This document shows positions 1 through 10,615 of a stretch of 64,000 nucleotides of DNA, piece by piece. Position 1 is the first letter of the stretch, and each line of letters opens with the position of its first letter. A program made the translations under genes and the position numbers. The DNA lies in the NCBI GenBank assembly GCA_900320515.1, contig ONSJ01000002.1, positions 2,334-66,333 on the forward strand. The letters are read 5' to 3'. The DNA is from an uncultured Methanobrevibacter sp. (lineage in GTDB: Archaea; Methanobacteriota; Methanobacteria; Methanobacteriales; Methanobacteriaceae). Under the pieces are notes generated by a model. It ran no database searches and was not told the DNA's origin. It saw nothing but the letters and a program-made list of their open reading frames with translations.

Positions 1-510
1 TACGCTTAAAATAATAGCCAAAAGAATATTTTTTTGACCTGAAGATGACCTGACCGCTTGTGTGCTAGACCCCATCACGTTTCCATTTAAATCCTGTCCG
101 CATTCCGGACAGAACTTATAATCTCCAACAATCCTGTAGCCACAATTAGAACAGAATCTAACCTTATCCGATGATTGGACAGGTAGTGAAAGTGAATTGT
201 CCTGCTTAACTTCAGCATCATCCCTAACCGAAACAACATCCTCTACCCCACTAGATTCGGCAGAATCATCAGATTCTATGACTTCCTCAGCTTTAACCTC
301 TTCTACATTACTTTCATCATTATTCGGAATATCTGCTCCACATTCCGGGCAGAACCTATAATCACCATCAATTTCATGGGCACAATTAGAACAAAACCTG
401 GTTTTGCCCTGTGGCTGTGAATTCTGTTTGACATCCTTTATATATGCTCCGCAATTCTTACAGAACTTTGATTCAGGGACATCATTTCCGCAATCTGGAC
501 AAATTACCAT
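1..510 (-). CDS. Zinc-ribbon (repeated CxxC) protein, 3' end outside window; hydrophobic segment begins at the window edge
   Basis: Manual translation from ATG at 510: MVICPDCGNDVPESKFCKNCG...FCSNCA...FCPECG...FCSNCG...FCPECG...KNILLAIILSV; absent from ORF track because it is open-ended. Confidence 0.8.
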   Translation of the reverse strand, partial: MVICPDCGNDVPESKFCKNCGAYIKDVKQNSQPQGKTRFCSNCAHEIDGDYRFCPECGADIPNNDESNVEEVKAEEVIESDDSAESSGVEDVVSVRDDAEVKQDNSLSLPVQSSDKVRFCSNCGYRIVGDYKFCPECGQDLNGNVMGSSTQAVRSSSGQKNILLAIILSV

Positions 511-1767
511 TTACACCACATCAACTTTCATGATTTCTCTTAAAACAGCAGTAGCATATGAACCCTTATTTATTGAAAATTCGCATAAGACTCCGTCATC
601 GGTCGCTTCGGCGGATGCATCCCAAACCTGGAATCTCATGGAACGCCTGAGACCATGACTGCCTAAACGTGGCATTTTTGGAACTTCAAAATCCTCTTTA
701 GTAAGGCCATATCCTTTTAAAACATTCTCTTCCATCTCTCCAACAGCGCCGCCAGCATATGGAACCTTGGTACCATACAAAGGACAGGTAGGATTTGCAT
801 CAAAATTGTCCATCAATTCCTGATACTCTTCGGGAGTCTTGTCATAGACTATGTGCTCTTCTGTGTCAATGATTATGTCCCCTTCAATGTATTTGTCAAT
901 TCCCATAGCTACACGGTTGCTTACGGCTTCATTAAATAAGTATGACTGATACGCATGAACAAACATTCTCTGAAGTGGCTTTGGAAGCGCATACAAAGCA
1001 TTTTTATATGATTTGTCTGTCAATTCCCCTTTTTTGGAATCCTTAATCAGCTCACGAATCATCATCTTTTCATATCTCATTCCCTTGCCCATCAGTTCCA
1101 AGGATTCCTCAAGGTTGCCGTCGTCATAGGCCTGCCTTGCCATCTGATTTTCCTGATGCTCCTCTTCAGACGGACCACCTATATATCTGTCGACAGCCTT
1201 TTTGAGGTCGTTTTCAATAAGTGCCTCACCGACAAGATGGGTGTTTGTTCTAGGCTTTCCGAATCTCTGCCATCCGAAGTAATTGGGAACCCCCTTGGCT
1301 TCAAGCTCTTTAAGGACCTCATTTGCAATGTCGGCAGATTCCTGGAAATCATCCAAATCCTTGATTAATATTCTGAACTTGTTTCCCTTAAGCTGACCCA
1401 TCCTGAGCTTCTTTCGACCTCTGACAACTTTTAAAAAATCAGTTTTGTAAATGTCCAAGTCCTTTACCTGCTGCATCTGCTCTTCGGAATCCATATTGGC
1501 AATGCAGATCCATTGGCGGGTCAAGGCCTTCTTGTCTTTCATTCCGGCAAATCCCATTCTCTTTCTTGAGATATGCAAATCCCTTGAGATATCCAAAACA
1601 ACATCCAAAGTGGTCCTTCCAAGCTTTTCAATCCAGATGTAAACATTGGGACCTTCGCCGGACGGGACGACTTCCGGAATTTCTTCAACATAAAAATCTT
1701 CATATCGGTTTCTGATAGTTCCCCCAATTCCTTTTTGGGAAGTAACATACGTATTAGCATTTAACAT
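511..1767 (-). CDS. truD: tRNA pseudouridine(13) synthase TruD
   Basis: Motifs GFAGMKDKKALTRQ, GNKFRI, PNYFGWQRFG, GSYATAVLRE; start trimmed to MLNANTY (ATG 1767) because the ORF-track extension overlaps a tRNA. Confidence 0.95.
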   Translation of the reverse strand: MLNANTYVTSQKGIGGTIRNRYEDFYVEEIPEVVPSGEGPNVYIWIEKLGRTTLDVVLDISRDLHISRKRMGFAGMKDKKALTRQWICIANMDSEEQMQQVKDLDIYKTDFLKVVRGRKKLRMGQLKGNKFRILIKDLDDFQESADIANEVLKELEAKGVPNYFGWQRFGKPRTNTHLVGEALIENDLKKAVDRYIGGPSEEEHQENQMARQAYDDGNLEESLELMGKGMRYEKMMIRELIKDSKKGELTDKSYKNALYALPKPLQRMFVHAYQSYLFNEAVSNRVAMGIDKYIEGDIIIDTEEHIVYDKTPEEYQELMDNFDANPTCPLYGTKVPYAGGAVGEMEENVLKGYGLTKEDFEVPKMPRLGSHGLRRSMRFQVWDASAEATDDGVLCEFSINKGSYATAVLREIMKVDVV

Positions 1768-1787
1768 AATATCACGGAAATTATAAG

Positions 1788-1861
1788 TGCCCTGGCCGGG
1801 ATTTGAACCCGGGGAATGGGATCCGCAGTCCCATGTGTTATCCAAACTACACCACCAGGGC
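1788..1861 (-). tRNA. tRNA-Arg (anticodon GCG)
   Basis: Reverse complement GCCCTGG...TGGGA-CTGCGGA-TCCCA...CCGGG-TTCAAAT-CCCGG-CCAGGGC-A folds as a cloverleaf; CCA not encoded. Confidence 0.96.
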
Positions 1862-1909
1862 TGGACAAAATAAGATAACAACTAATTATATAATTTTTAT
1901 ACTATTTAA

Positions 1910-2350
1910 TTATTGCCATACTGACAACGTATATGAATACTCGCCATATGTCCTTGCCGCCACATTGACATTGCCTGCCTTGCTATAATCTCCTTTAGAT
2001 GCTAAAACTTTTCCTTTCAAAACATTGTTTTCCCTAAACTGATAATTTTTAATCTTATACGAATCCAGCTTGCTTTTGGAAATTTCTGAAACTTCACTTA
2101 TTGATTTCTTTGAATTTTTGCCTTCCTCCAAAATATTTGAAATTTTGCCGAGAAAGGTCTGGTCACTGAAATCGATTTTACCGCTCAACAGTTCCATTAC
2201 ATCCTGTGCAGTTCGAATATCCTTGCTTTTATAGGAATAATCGGCCGTAGGTATTGATATTGCTGCATTAACAACCAAAAATACAATTAAAAGCAGAAAT
2301 ATTGCAAGAATTGCATCCATTATATAAAAAGATCCTTTGTTATCCAACAT
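1910..2350 (-). CDS. Class III signal peptide (pilin-like) protein
   Basis: N-terminus MLDNKG/SFYIMDAILAIFLLLIVFLVV: KG cleavage-like site followed by a hydrophobic helix. Confidence 0.6.
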   Translation of the reverse strand: MLDNKGSFYIMDAILAIFLLLIVFLVVNAAISIPTADYSYKSKDIRTAQDVMELLSGKIDFSDQTFLGKISNILEEGKNSKKSISEVSEISKSKLDSYKIKNYQFRENNVLKGKVLASKGDYSKAGNVNVAARTYGEYSYTLSVWQ

Positions 2351-2450
2351 ATCCTATTATTGGATGTTGAAATTTATAAAAAATTTTGAAGTGTGCAAGT
2401 GTGCTTTTGTGAAAAATCACATGAATGAAAAAAAATAGAAAAAAGGAGAT

Positions 2451-3815
2451 TTAGTTTCCCCTTACATATTCGATTACCTTATCCTTTTTAGCTATTGCGG
2501 CATCTGAAGCCTTTTGAACCTTTTCCTTCATCTCTTCAAAGTCTTCAGGGGTTGTATCCCCAACCAGTTTTTTGATTTTGGTATAAGCCGCTTCCCTGAA
2601 CAATGGGACAAGCTTTTCATTTGAACCGTCTTCCTTGATTAGAATCGGCTCACCGGAATTGTTGACCTCTCCGATTTCTGATATTGCAACATCATATTTG
2701 CCGACTGCCTTTTTGATGTCACCGGCAATTTCCGGAGGGACAATGAGCATCAATGAATCTGTTGAAACACCTAACGGGTCAATGTTTAATGTCTCAAGCA
2801 TGTTTAAAACATTAGGGGCCACCATATCCCTGATTTCCTTTTCATAAAACTCCAGACCTACGCCGGTAGTGTTTGAGATTTCATGGGCATCTCCCCTAAG
2901 GCCACCGTTTGTCACATCGGTCATCGCATGGACATCCTTCACGAGGTCTGACTCAAAAAGCGCATGTGAAGCCTGAACGAAGTTCACGTTCATTGTATCC
3001 CATACCACATCGAAAAAGCCGTTGTAAAGTGCAGTTGTTGTTATTGTTCCCCCTCCTGAACCTTCAGTCAAAAGGATTACATCGCCTTCGGTTGCGCCCT
3101 TTCTTGCTGTTGGAGGGTATGGTGAAACGCCGACGCTTCCAACTGCTGAAACGAACCTGTCGCCCAAAACCATGTCTCCGCCGACACGTAGTGTTGAGCC
3201 TGCAACAATTGGAACATCAACAAGCTCTGAAACAGCTGCAACACCTGCAGTGAAGTCAAAAATCTTTGCAACATCACCATCATCCGCAAGGTGGACATCG
3301 CTCAGGATAGCTACCGGATCTGCTCCCATTACACAGACATCCCTTAAGGTAGCTCTTGTAACATGAAAACCGCCTAAAAATGGATATTCACTTAATCTTG
3401 AGTGGATTCCATCAACTGCTGTTGTAATATACACTTCATCGTTTGCAACAGGTGCCTTAACAACTCCTCCATCATCCTGTTCGGACGGATTTACAAGTGA
3501 AGCTGTGTCTGTGGATGCCACGATTTCTGCGATTTTTCTGTGGACAAAAAAGTCTCCCGCTCCACGGGAACCTACTCCCATCTCGCCCATCAGCACGTCT
3601 GATGCATTGATGTCAACGATTTCCTTTAAAAATTCATCATCGCTTTCATTTAACTTCAAGGTGGTTGAAACCTCATCAATCACCGCTTTTGCCATTTCAA
3701 CTGAATTTTCCTGTGAAATGTTTTTATATTCCCTTATGCGTACCGCTAAAATATCCGCCAATTCATCATATGAGTAATCATCAATTCTAGCCCTTACAAA
3801 TCCTTCAATATCCAT
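2451..3815 (-). CDS. AIR synthase-related (PurM/HypE/ThiL fold) protein
   Basis: DDGGV, TAVDG, TLRDVCVMGADP, HAMTDVTNGGLRGDAHE motifs. Confidence 0.85.
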   Translation of the reverse strand: MDIEGFVRARIDDYSYDELADILAVRIREYKNISQENSVEMAKAVIDEVSTTLKLNESDDEFLKEIVDINASDVLMGEMGVGSRGAGDFFVHRKIAEIVASTDTASLVNPSEQDDGGVVKAPVANDEVYITTAVDGIHSRLSEYPFLGGFHVTRATLRDVCVMGADPVAILSDVHLADDGDVAKIFDFTAGVAAVSELVDVPIVAGSTLRVGGDMVLGDRFVSAVGSVGVSPYPPTARKGATEGDVILLTEGSGGGTITTTALYNGFFDVVWDTMNVNFVQASHALFESDLVKDVHAMTDVTNGGLRGDAHEISNTTGVGLEFYEKEIRDMVAPNVLNMLETLNIDPLGVSTDSLMLIVPPEIAGDIKKAVGKYDVAISEIGEVNNSGEPILIKEDGSNEKLVPLFREAAYTKIKKLVGDTTPEDFEEMKEKVQKASDAAIAKKDKVIEYVRGN

Positions 3816-3818
3816 AGT

Positions 3819-4415
3819 TTATATCTCCAAGTTAGTGAAATTTTTTAAGATTTTCAATCCCGCTTTGCTGCTTTTTTCCGGATGAAACTGTGTTGAGAAC
3901 AGATTGTTCTCGCTTAAGCTTGCCACAACACTGTTTCCATAATCACAAGTTCCCGCAATGATTTCATCTTCATCGGGAATTACATGATAAGAATGAACAA
4001 AATAAAAATACTCTCCATCAATGCCTTCAAGTATCGGTGAGTCATTTGTAACCTTTAACTTATTCCAACCCATGTGAGGTATTTTAACGCCTTCAGGCAA
4101 TTTTTCAACATGTCCTTTAAACAAATTCAAACCTTCAACGCCCGGAGACTCCTCACTTGAACCCATCAGTACCTGCTGGCCAAGACAGATTCCTAAAAAT
4201 GGCTTGTCTGCATTAACGTGCTCATAAATAACATCCTTAAAGGGTTCTAAATTCTCCATTGCACTTCCAAATGCCCCAACGCCCGGCAGTACCAGAAAGT
4301 CACTGCCAGCAATAATCTCCTTATCATCAGTTATTTGATATTCGGCACCGATTTTCCTAAATCCGTTGGAAATGCTTTTCAGATTTCCGCTTTTATAATC
4401 AATAATTGTTATCAT
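3819..4415 (-). CDS. hisH: Imidazole glycerol phosphate synthase glutaminase subunit
   Basis: [42 protein letters not shown]; start trimmed to ATG 4415. Confidence 0.96.
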   Translation of the reverse strand: MITIIDYKSGNLKSISNGFRKIGAEYQITDDKEIIAGSDFLVLPGVGAFGSAMENLEPFKDVIYEHVNADKPFLGICLGQQVLMGSSEESPGVEGLNLFKGHVEKLPEGVKIPHMGWNKLKVTNDSPILEGIDGEYFYFVHSYHVIPDEDEIIAGTCDYGNSVVASLSENNLFSTQFHPEKSSKAGLKILKNFTNLEI

Positions 4416-5497
4416 TCGTCCAACCACCCAATAGCTGACCTAATCATTCCTCCAAAGTCTGAAAATACTATTTCATCAGTTCCTAAAGTCTTTGAGTGTG
4501 CATCAAGCTCTGCAACAACATGAGTATAGCCTAAATTCCTTAAAGGCTCAACCAAACGTGGCCCATCGGTTACTGCAACGGACTCAATGTCAAAGTTCTC
4601 GATTGGAAATGCATGAGGAACTCCGAACACGACTATCAAATCCAAGTCCTTATCCTTTAAAAATTCCGCAGCCTTGTCTGCAGTGATTGAATACTCATCA
4701 AGACCTCCTGTGATGAAGTCAGGTTCAATGTCAAGCTGACTTTTGATGTTTACGGCATGCTGCCTGATTCTTGGAAGGCCAATGTTTTCATCAAGATTGG
4801 CTACAAAGATTGGCCTGTTGTCGGGATTGATCTTTTCATAATCAAAATTGACGATGTCGGCAAAAAGATATGATGTTTCCTTTTTGACATTTAAAACAAA
4901 AGCAACCTTTTTTCCATCCTTAATAGCTTTGACTACATTCTTTGCAACGGATTCCTTTGAATCGCCAAAGTTAGGTTTAATGTATTTTCCCTGCGCCATT
5001 CCACGGGTCTTTTCAACTTCAGTTGCCTTCTCAAGCATTTCAATCTGCCTGTCTGACTCTTCACGTGGAATCACACCCGCTTCAACGGCAGCATCCAATG
5101 CCATGATTGCTCCGACAGTGTTGTCACCTTCACCTGACCCTCCATGGGATTCAACAGGAATGACTGTGCAAGGCAAGTCTGCGGTTGCAATGGCTTCCTT
5201 TAAATCCTCACCAATAATCATGCTTGCGCAGGTTCCGGCAATGCCCATCAGTTTTGGCTTGAATGCATCATAGGCTTCGGTCAGTGTATCAACCAATTTT
5301 TCGCCGGCGCCTAAAATAAAATCATTCTCAGACATTCCGGTGGTTACGACACGTACGCCGTCACCTTCTAAAAGCCTTGCTGTTCTAAAGCAACAGCCGG
5401 TAGGCCCATGCATGACAATAACATCAACGTTCATATCTCTCAGTGTGTAAAGAGTTGCTGCAATCGGACTTGGTCTTGGATGTATAATTTTTATCAA
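4412..5497 (-). CDS. cfbD: Ni-sirohydrochlorin a,c-diamide reductive cyclase catalytic subunit (coenzyme F430 synthesis)
   Basis: [33 protein letters not shown] motifs of the nitrogenase-like NflD/CfbD. Confidence 0.92.
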   Translation of the reverse strand: MIKIIHPRPSPIAATLYTLRDMNVDVIVMHGPTGCCFRTARLLEGDGVRVVTTGMSENDFILGAGEKLVDTLTEAYDAFKPKLMGIAGTCASMIIGEDLKEAIATADLPCTVIPVESHGGSGEGDNTVGAIMALDAAVEAGVIPREESDRQIEMLEKATEVEKTRGMAQGKYIKPNFGDSKESVAKNVVKAIKDGKKVAFVLNVKKETSYLFADIVNFDYEKINPDNRPIFVANLDENIGLPRIRQHAVNIKSQLDIEPDFITGGLDEYSITADKAAEFLKDKDLDLIVVFGVPHAFPIENFDIESVAVTDGPRLVEPLRNLGYTHVVAELDAHSKTLGTDEIVFSDFGGMIRSAIGWLDE

Positions 5498-5575
5498 CTC
5501 ACAATTTTTTTAACAAATAATTATATTAAATTCTTAATTAATATAATTAATTAACAAATTCGCGGAGATTGCATT

Positions 5576-5977
5576 ATGAAACTTGACAAGAAAATATTGG
5601 AAGAAAAAATCAGAGAATACAGAACATTTTTAAGCTGTTCGGAATCAACATTGATGGGACTTTGTGAAACTGCAGAATATCCGATTTCACAGGAGGACAT
5701 GCGCAAATTGGCTTGCGGTTTTGCAGGCGGAATGGGCGGAACATTCGATGAAGGAACATGCGGTGCAGTGACCGGAGCACTGATGGCAAACGGTTTGCTC
5801 AATGATGACATACCAACAATCAAAGCAAACGCCAAGGAAATATTCAACACCTTCAAAGAGGAATACGGAACCGTCAGATGCGATAAGATAACCAATCACG
5901 GTGAAGACAAGTCCCCTTGTGTTGATTGCTGCGTTTTTATTGCCAACAAAGTGGCCGATTTGGCTGATAACAAATAG
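5576..5977 (+). CDS. C-GCAxxG-C-C family protein
   Basis: SCSES...GFAGGMG...TCGAVTGA...VRC...C pattern. Confidence 0.85.
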   Translation: MKLDKKILEEKIREYRTFLSCSESTLMGLCETAEYPISQEDMRKLACGFAGGMGGTFDEGTCGAVTGALMANGLLNDDIPTIKANAKEIFNTFKEEYGTVRCDKITNHGEDKSPCVDCCVFIANKVADLADNK

Positions 5978-6934
5978 ATGCCCATGATTTACAAAAGTGA
6001 ATTCGACAAGGAAAGAAAGGAATGCAATGAACCGACCCACATTGAAGAGGGCATCAGTGATCCAACACTTATTGAGATTGACGAATTATATGGAGCGGCA
6101 GATGTCTTAAGCATGAAACATGCCGACAGACATCATGAAAAAATTCGAAACATATCACTTATTGCACCACTGATTGTATTTTTCTTTCTTCTTTATGAAG
6201 CTGCAGCACAGCATTGGCTCATTTTCGTGGTTACAGCGTTAATCATATTGCTATATTTCGTTTATAGACAACCCAACAAAGAAAATGCTCACGAAAAATA
6301 TTTAGAATACAGAGTTCTTGCCGAAGCACTTCGTATCCAATATTTCATTTCAAAAGCAGGGATTAAAAAGAAAGTTATTGAGATCCTGCCATGGTTTACT
6401 GAAATACGAATTCCTTTAGTTAAAAATGTTCTCTCAGAGTTATCTTCAACAGAAACAGATAAAAAGGAACCGATTTTGGACTGCTGGATTAGAGACCAAA
6501 TGAAATACCATGACAATGCCCATAAAAGAGCATTGAAACAGCTTGAAAAAAATGAACTTTATGAAAAAATTTCACTAATCGCAACCATTATTTTCTATAT
6601 CATAGCATTGATTTTTGAAATTACCATGATACTTTATGCTCCTTTTGAAGTGGAAACTGCACATTGGGTTCGTGCAGGCTTAAAGATTGGAGTTGGAACC
6701 GCAACTGCAATTACCATATTCCTTTCAAACTACTATGGAAAGATGTCCCTATCCAGCAAAGTGGATGAGCATCTGAGAATGTACTGGCTTTATCAAAAGG
6801 TGGAAGCTAAAATTAGACAGACAAAAGAGGAAGATGAAGATGAGATAATCTATCTTGCAGAACAATGCCTGATTGAAAATGCAAGCTGGTATTCCCATCA
6901 AAAGAAAAACACCCCCGATTTTGCCGTGGAATGA
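5978..6934 (+). CDS. 4-TM protein with two SLATT/DUF4231-like units
   Basis: ADxxS helix, 2 TM, YRVLAEALR, WIRDQMKYH, 2 TM, LIENASW; paralogue of the next gene. Confidence 0.6.
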   Translation: MPMIYKSEFDKERKECNEPTHIEEGISDPTLIEIDELYGAADVLSMKHADRHHEKIRNISLIAPLIVFFFLLYEAAAQHWLIFVVTALIILLYFVYRQPNKENAHEKYLEYRVLAEALRIQYFISKAGIKKKVIEILPWFTEIRIPLVKNVLSELSSTETDKKEPILDCWIRDQMKYHDNAHKRALKQLEKNELYEKISLIATIIFYIIALIFEITMILYAPFEVETAHWVRAGLKIGVGTATAITIFLSNYYGKMSLSSKVDEHLRMYWLYQKVEAKIRQTKEEDEDEIIYLAEQCLIENASWYSHQKKNTPDFAVE

Positions 6935-7084
6935 ATTCGCTGAAAAATCGGTATTTCAACCATCCATCTCCTTTAAGTAGGAAAATTTTCACTAAAAAGT
7001 TAAATCTTTCTTTTCGACAATCAACTTTTGGCAAAATATATTAACAAATAATCACATTAATTAATATTAAAAATCAGTGTTATT

Positions 7085-8095
7085 ATGCTTCAAAAAGAGA
7101 TTTTTATAAAAGACAAAGAAAACTGCAAAACACCATTTACCCACATCGAAAACAATATCAACGACCCTAAACTGAAAAAGATTGATGAGATGTATGGTGC
7201 TGCAGATGTAATGAGTATTGAAAATGCAAAAAAGTATCAACAGTATCTCAAGAGACTCGCAATAATTGGAACATTGATTGCATTTTTTTTCCTTTTATAC
7301 GATGAAGCAGAGCTACATTTGCTAATTTACATGTGCATATTCCTCATCGGAATCTTGGCGTATGAGAAAAAATTGGCTGAAAACAACAAATACCACAAAA
7401 AATATGTTGAATACCGTGTGCTTGCAGAAACCCTGAGAGTCCATTATTTCCTTTCAATCGCAGGCATCAAAAATTATACAAGCATTATTTTACCATGGTT
7501 CATCAAGAAAGGTTCACCATGGATTAACGAAATCATATTGTCATTGGATACCAATATTGGTGAAAAGAAATCCATTCTGAATTGTTGGATTATCAATCAA
7601 CAGAAATATCACCAGACAGCATGGATTAATTCGACCAACAAAAAAGAAAGAAATGATAAAATCGGTAAAATAGCATTAGATATAACTCTACTTACTTATT
7701 TATTTGCCGGAATATTTGAGATTTACATGCTTTCAAATGCATCCGGACAAATAAATATAGATATTCTCGGATTGATTTTAAAAACATTTCAGGATTGGGG
7801 AATAATGGTTGGATATAATCAAGTTGATATGATTCGTGCAATTTTAAAGATTGTAATTGGAAGCATGTCTGCAGGAACATTATTCATCAAAAGTTACTAT
7901 GGGAAAATGTCCCTTTCAAATGAAATCGAATCCCACAGAAGAATGGTTATGTTATACGAAGATGCCGAAAGGAAAATCAGAGAACAAGGTGAAAATGACA
8001 ATCTAATCAGTTCCCTGGCACATGAGTTCCTAATTGAAAACAGCACCTGGTATGCCTATCAAAGTAAAAACAAGTTTGAACTTATTCTGGAATAA
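7085..8095 (+). CDS. 4-TM protein with two SLATT/DUF4231-like units (paralogue)
   Basis: Same motif order: YGAADVMS, YRVLAETLR, WIINQQKYH, YYGKMSL, LIENSTW. Confidence 0.6.
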   Translation: MLQKEIFIKDKENCKTPFTHIENNINDPKLKKIDEMYGAADVMSIENAKKYQQYLKRLAIIGTLIAFFFLLYDEAELHLLIYMCIFLIGILAYEKKLAENNKYHKKYVEYRVLAETLRVHYFLSIAGIKNYTSIILPWFIKKGSPWINEIILSLDTNIGEKKSILNCWIINQQKYHQTAWINSTNKKERNDKIGKIALDITLLTYLFAGIFEIYMLSNASGQINIDILGLILKTFQDWGIMVGYNQVDMIRAILKIVIGSMSAGTLFIKSYYGKMSLSNEIESHRRMVMLYEDAERKIREQGENDNLISSLAHEFLIENSTWYAYQSKNKFELILE

Positions 8096-9109
8096 TCATG
8101 CCAAAATGTAAACGCCCAACAGAATCATCATCAGGATGACATTCAGAACTGTGAAAATGACCAAATATCTGATTTTAAATTCACCATGCTCACGAACAAG
8201 AATCTTAAATGAAATGAGATTGGCCATAGAGGCGATTAGGGTTCCAAATCCGCCGATGTTGATTCCAATTATTATGGCTTCATAATTACTGCTGAAACCG
8301 CTCAATAGCATTGCTGCCGGAACATTGGAAATCACCTGTGATGCGGCAACACCCATTAAAACCTCGTTTCCAGTGATCCATTTGGTGAAAAGCGCATTGA
8401 AAAATGGGATGTTTTCGAGATTGCCAATCAATACAAATAAAGCGATGAATGTCAAAAGCAGGTAATAGTCAATGCCTATGAAAACCCTTTTAAAGAAGGC
8501 ATCATAGTTGACATCAATTTTTCTAAATTCAGGAAGTACAATTCCCTCTTTAGGTACAAATAATGACACTACAACCAGAAATACAACAGATACAATAATA
8601 TATGGCAGGAGCAGCAGGAAAAACGATTCGAATGGGATCCTGGATACCGTATACATCACAATATTGTGGGGCGCTCCGATAGGAAGCACCATACATCCCA
8701 CATTGGAGGCAATGGTCTGCATGGAAACTGTAATAATGATTAAATCAGACCTGTCGACTTTTCTTAAAGCCAGAATAGCAAATGGAACGAATATGATTAA
8801 AGAGACATCATTGGTTATGAATATTGAACTGAAAAAGCATGTGAAAACCAAAAATAAGACAAGATATCTAGTGTTTTTAACCTTAACCAATAATTTTCGA
8901 ACCAGAATCTCAAAAATGGACAGATTCCTTAGAATCTCAACAATCAGCATTATAACAAACAGCAATATGATTGTATCCCAATTAATATAAGTTGAATAAT
9001 TTAGAGTGGGTTTAACAAAAAAGCAAGAGATTATAGCTAAAATTAAAGATATGAAAAATATTATCTCTTTTTTAAAAAAATCAGAAAATTTAGATGAAAA
9101 TTCGTTCAT
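8096..9109 (-). CDS. SLC13/ArsB/CitMHS-type anion permease
   Basis: Multi-TM; ITNDVS, ASNVG..LPIGAPHN, SQVISNVPA, GTLIASMAN motifs. Confidence 0.85.
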   Translation of the reverse strand: MNEFSSKFSDFFKKEIIFFISLILAIISCFFVKPTLNYSTYINWDTIILLFVIMLIVEILRNLSIFEILVRKLLVKVKNTRYLVLFLVFTCFFSSIFITNDVSLIIFVPFAILALRKVDRSDLIIITVSMQTIASNVGCMVLPIGAPHNIVMYTVSRIPFESFFLLLLPYIIVSVVFLVVVSLFVPKEGIVLPEFRKIDVNYDAFFKRVFIGIDYYLLLTFIALFVLIGNLENIPFFNALFTKWITGNEVLMGVAASQVISNVPAAMLLSGFSSNYEAIIIGINIGGFGTLIASMANLISFKILVREHGEFKIRYLVIFTVLNVILMMILLGVYILA

Positions 9110-9124
9110 TGTATCTCAGTAAGG

Positions 9125-9439
9125 CTAGTCTGCATCCTCATCCATTGTTTCCAAAAGAAAGCTTACCGGCCTGAATCCATCATTGCATGATATCATTGCA
9201 GACTTTTTGTTTTTCATCCATCCGTCATAGAAATCGCTGGCTCCATTTGCCAATGCCATTACAAATGGTGAAAGGCTTTCCCATGCACTGTCACAGAAAT
9301 CATCAGGCTTTACCCATCCGTTTGCAATGAATACCTGACCTTCATCCACATCGCATTCATGCTCCAGCGGATTTTCATATTTTTCAATCAAATCATCATG
9401 TCTGACCTTTCTCATAACCGTAATTTTAACTTTTTTCAT
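9125..9439 (-). CDS. TIGR04076-like small protein
   Basis: KVKITV...C...GQVF...FCDSAW...SCNDGFRPV pattern. Confidence 0.8.
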   Translation of the reverse strand: MKKVKITVMRKVRHDDLIEKYENPLEHECDVDEGQVFIANGWVKPDDFCDSAWESLSPFVMALANGASDFYDGWMKNKKSAMISCNDGFRPVSFLLETMDEDAD

Positions 9440-9996
9440 GACAACACCTCCAAATCGCTTTTTTCATATTTATTATGGCCTTTAAGAGACTTCTTATGCT
9501 TCCAGCATCTGATTGCATCATCTAAAGATTTACCTTCATTATCCTCAAAGAAATCCCTGATATACTGATTGTATTGGAATTGCTTGCCGATGTCCGTTTT
9601 TTGGTTAGAGCCTTGAATTTCATGGTATGCCTCAATTGCATCTGCGTAGGTCTTATCGGGATTTGCCTTAAGCCACTTTTGAAACTTGACCTTGAATTTG
9701 AAACTCTTGCCAATATGTTCCTCAAAAAATTCCCGCTTATCTTCGCTGCATTTGAAATTTTCTCCCAATTTTGAATCTAGATCTATTTCAGATGATGAAT
9801 TGTCAGGTTTTTGTTTTATAATTGGTTCTTTTAACTCTTCACCGGTCCTCAAATAATGGATTATTCTATTTTCCAATTCCTGTTTGGACCCGCTTACCTT
9901 CAACCCTTCAGACCTGCAAAAATCCTTCAATTCCTCCTTTAAAAAATAATATTGTTTAAATTCATCGGAAGTTAAATTTTTTGTTAATTTCACCAT
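9436..9996 (-). CDS. SAP-domain/DUF6434-like protein
   Basis: YFLKEELKDFCRSEGLKVSGSKQELENRI (SAP-like), QFQYNQYIRDFF; start trimmed to MVKLTK. Confidence 0.7.
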   Translation of the reverse strand: MVKLTKNLTSDEFKQYYFLKEELKDFCRSEGLKVSGSKQELENRIIHYLRTGEELKEPIIKQKPDNSSSEIDLDSKLGENFKCSEDKREFFEEHIGKSFKFKVKFQKWLKANPDKTYADAIEAYHEIQGSNQKTDIGKQFQYNQYIRDFFEDNEGKSLDDAIRCWKHKKSLKGHNKYEKSDLEVLS

Positions 9997-10324
9997 GTGC
10001 ATCAGCTTAATCCAATATAAAAATAGCATTAAAGAATGAATAAGGATAAATTTGGTTAACAAATTTTGACACATCCCCATTCAACAAATATCTAATGGTT
10101 TGCCCTTTGGCAACCTAACATCAAATGATGTTAAATAACAATATGAACTTTTTAATATATATAATTTTCTTATTTTAATGAAAACAATACTCTACATAAC
10201 TAAAACAATTTTATACGAATAAATAAATATTGATTTAAAAAAATAATTAATTTTAAATAGAATTACAGTGAAATAGTGAATTCTAAAACACTAATAATAA
10301 TAACAAGTATCTGATGGTGTTTTA

Positions 10325-10471
10325 ATGGTATTGAAAAATGAATATTATTTAAGACTCCTATTAAAATTGGAGGAAATGCCCTTGGCAATCGAAGAAATAT
10401 TGCTTGCCATCATATATTTTGCAATGGCAAGCTATTATCTATTGTTAGGCATTAACTTGTTAATGCATTAG
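10325..10471 (+). CDS. Putative 48-aa hydrophobic peptide
   Basis: Manual ORF MVLKNEYYLRLLLKLEEMPLAIEEILLAIIYFAMASYYLLLGINLLMH with GGTG RBS-like site upstream. Confidence 0.35.
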   Translation: MVLKNEYYLRLLLKLEEMPLAIEEILLAIIYFAMASYYLLLGINLLMH

Positions 10472-10615
10472 CAATCTATGAGTAGATTGAAAGCCTAGTT
10501 TGGATTATCCAAAAATTTTTCTAATTCAATGAACTGACAATTCAAATGAAAATTAGCTTTTAATATGTGTTTTATAGCTTTTGATTTACACATAGAGAAA
10601 AAAAGAAGAGGAATA

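Noticed and set aside
1788-1861. tRNA-Arg as the integration site
   Set aside because: I saw no duplicate of its 3' end in the window, and the element ends map to the adhesin gene.
1768-1881. ORF-track N-terminal extension of TruD
   Set aside because: It runs through the tRNA-Arg gene; the likely start is ATG 1767.
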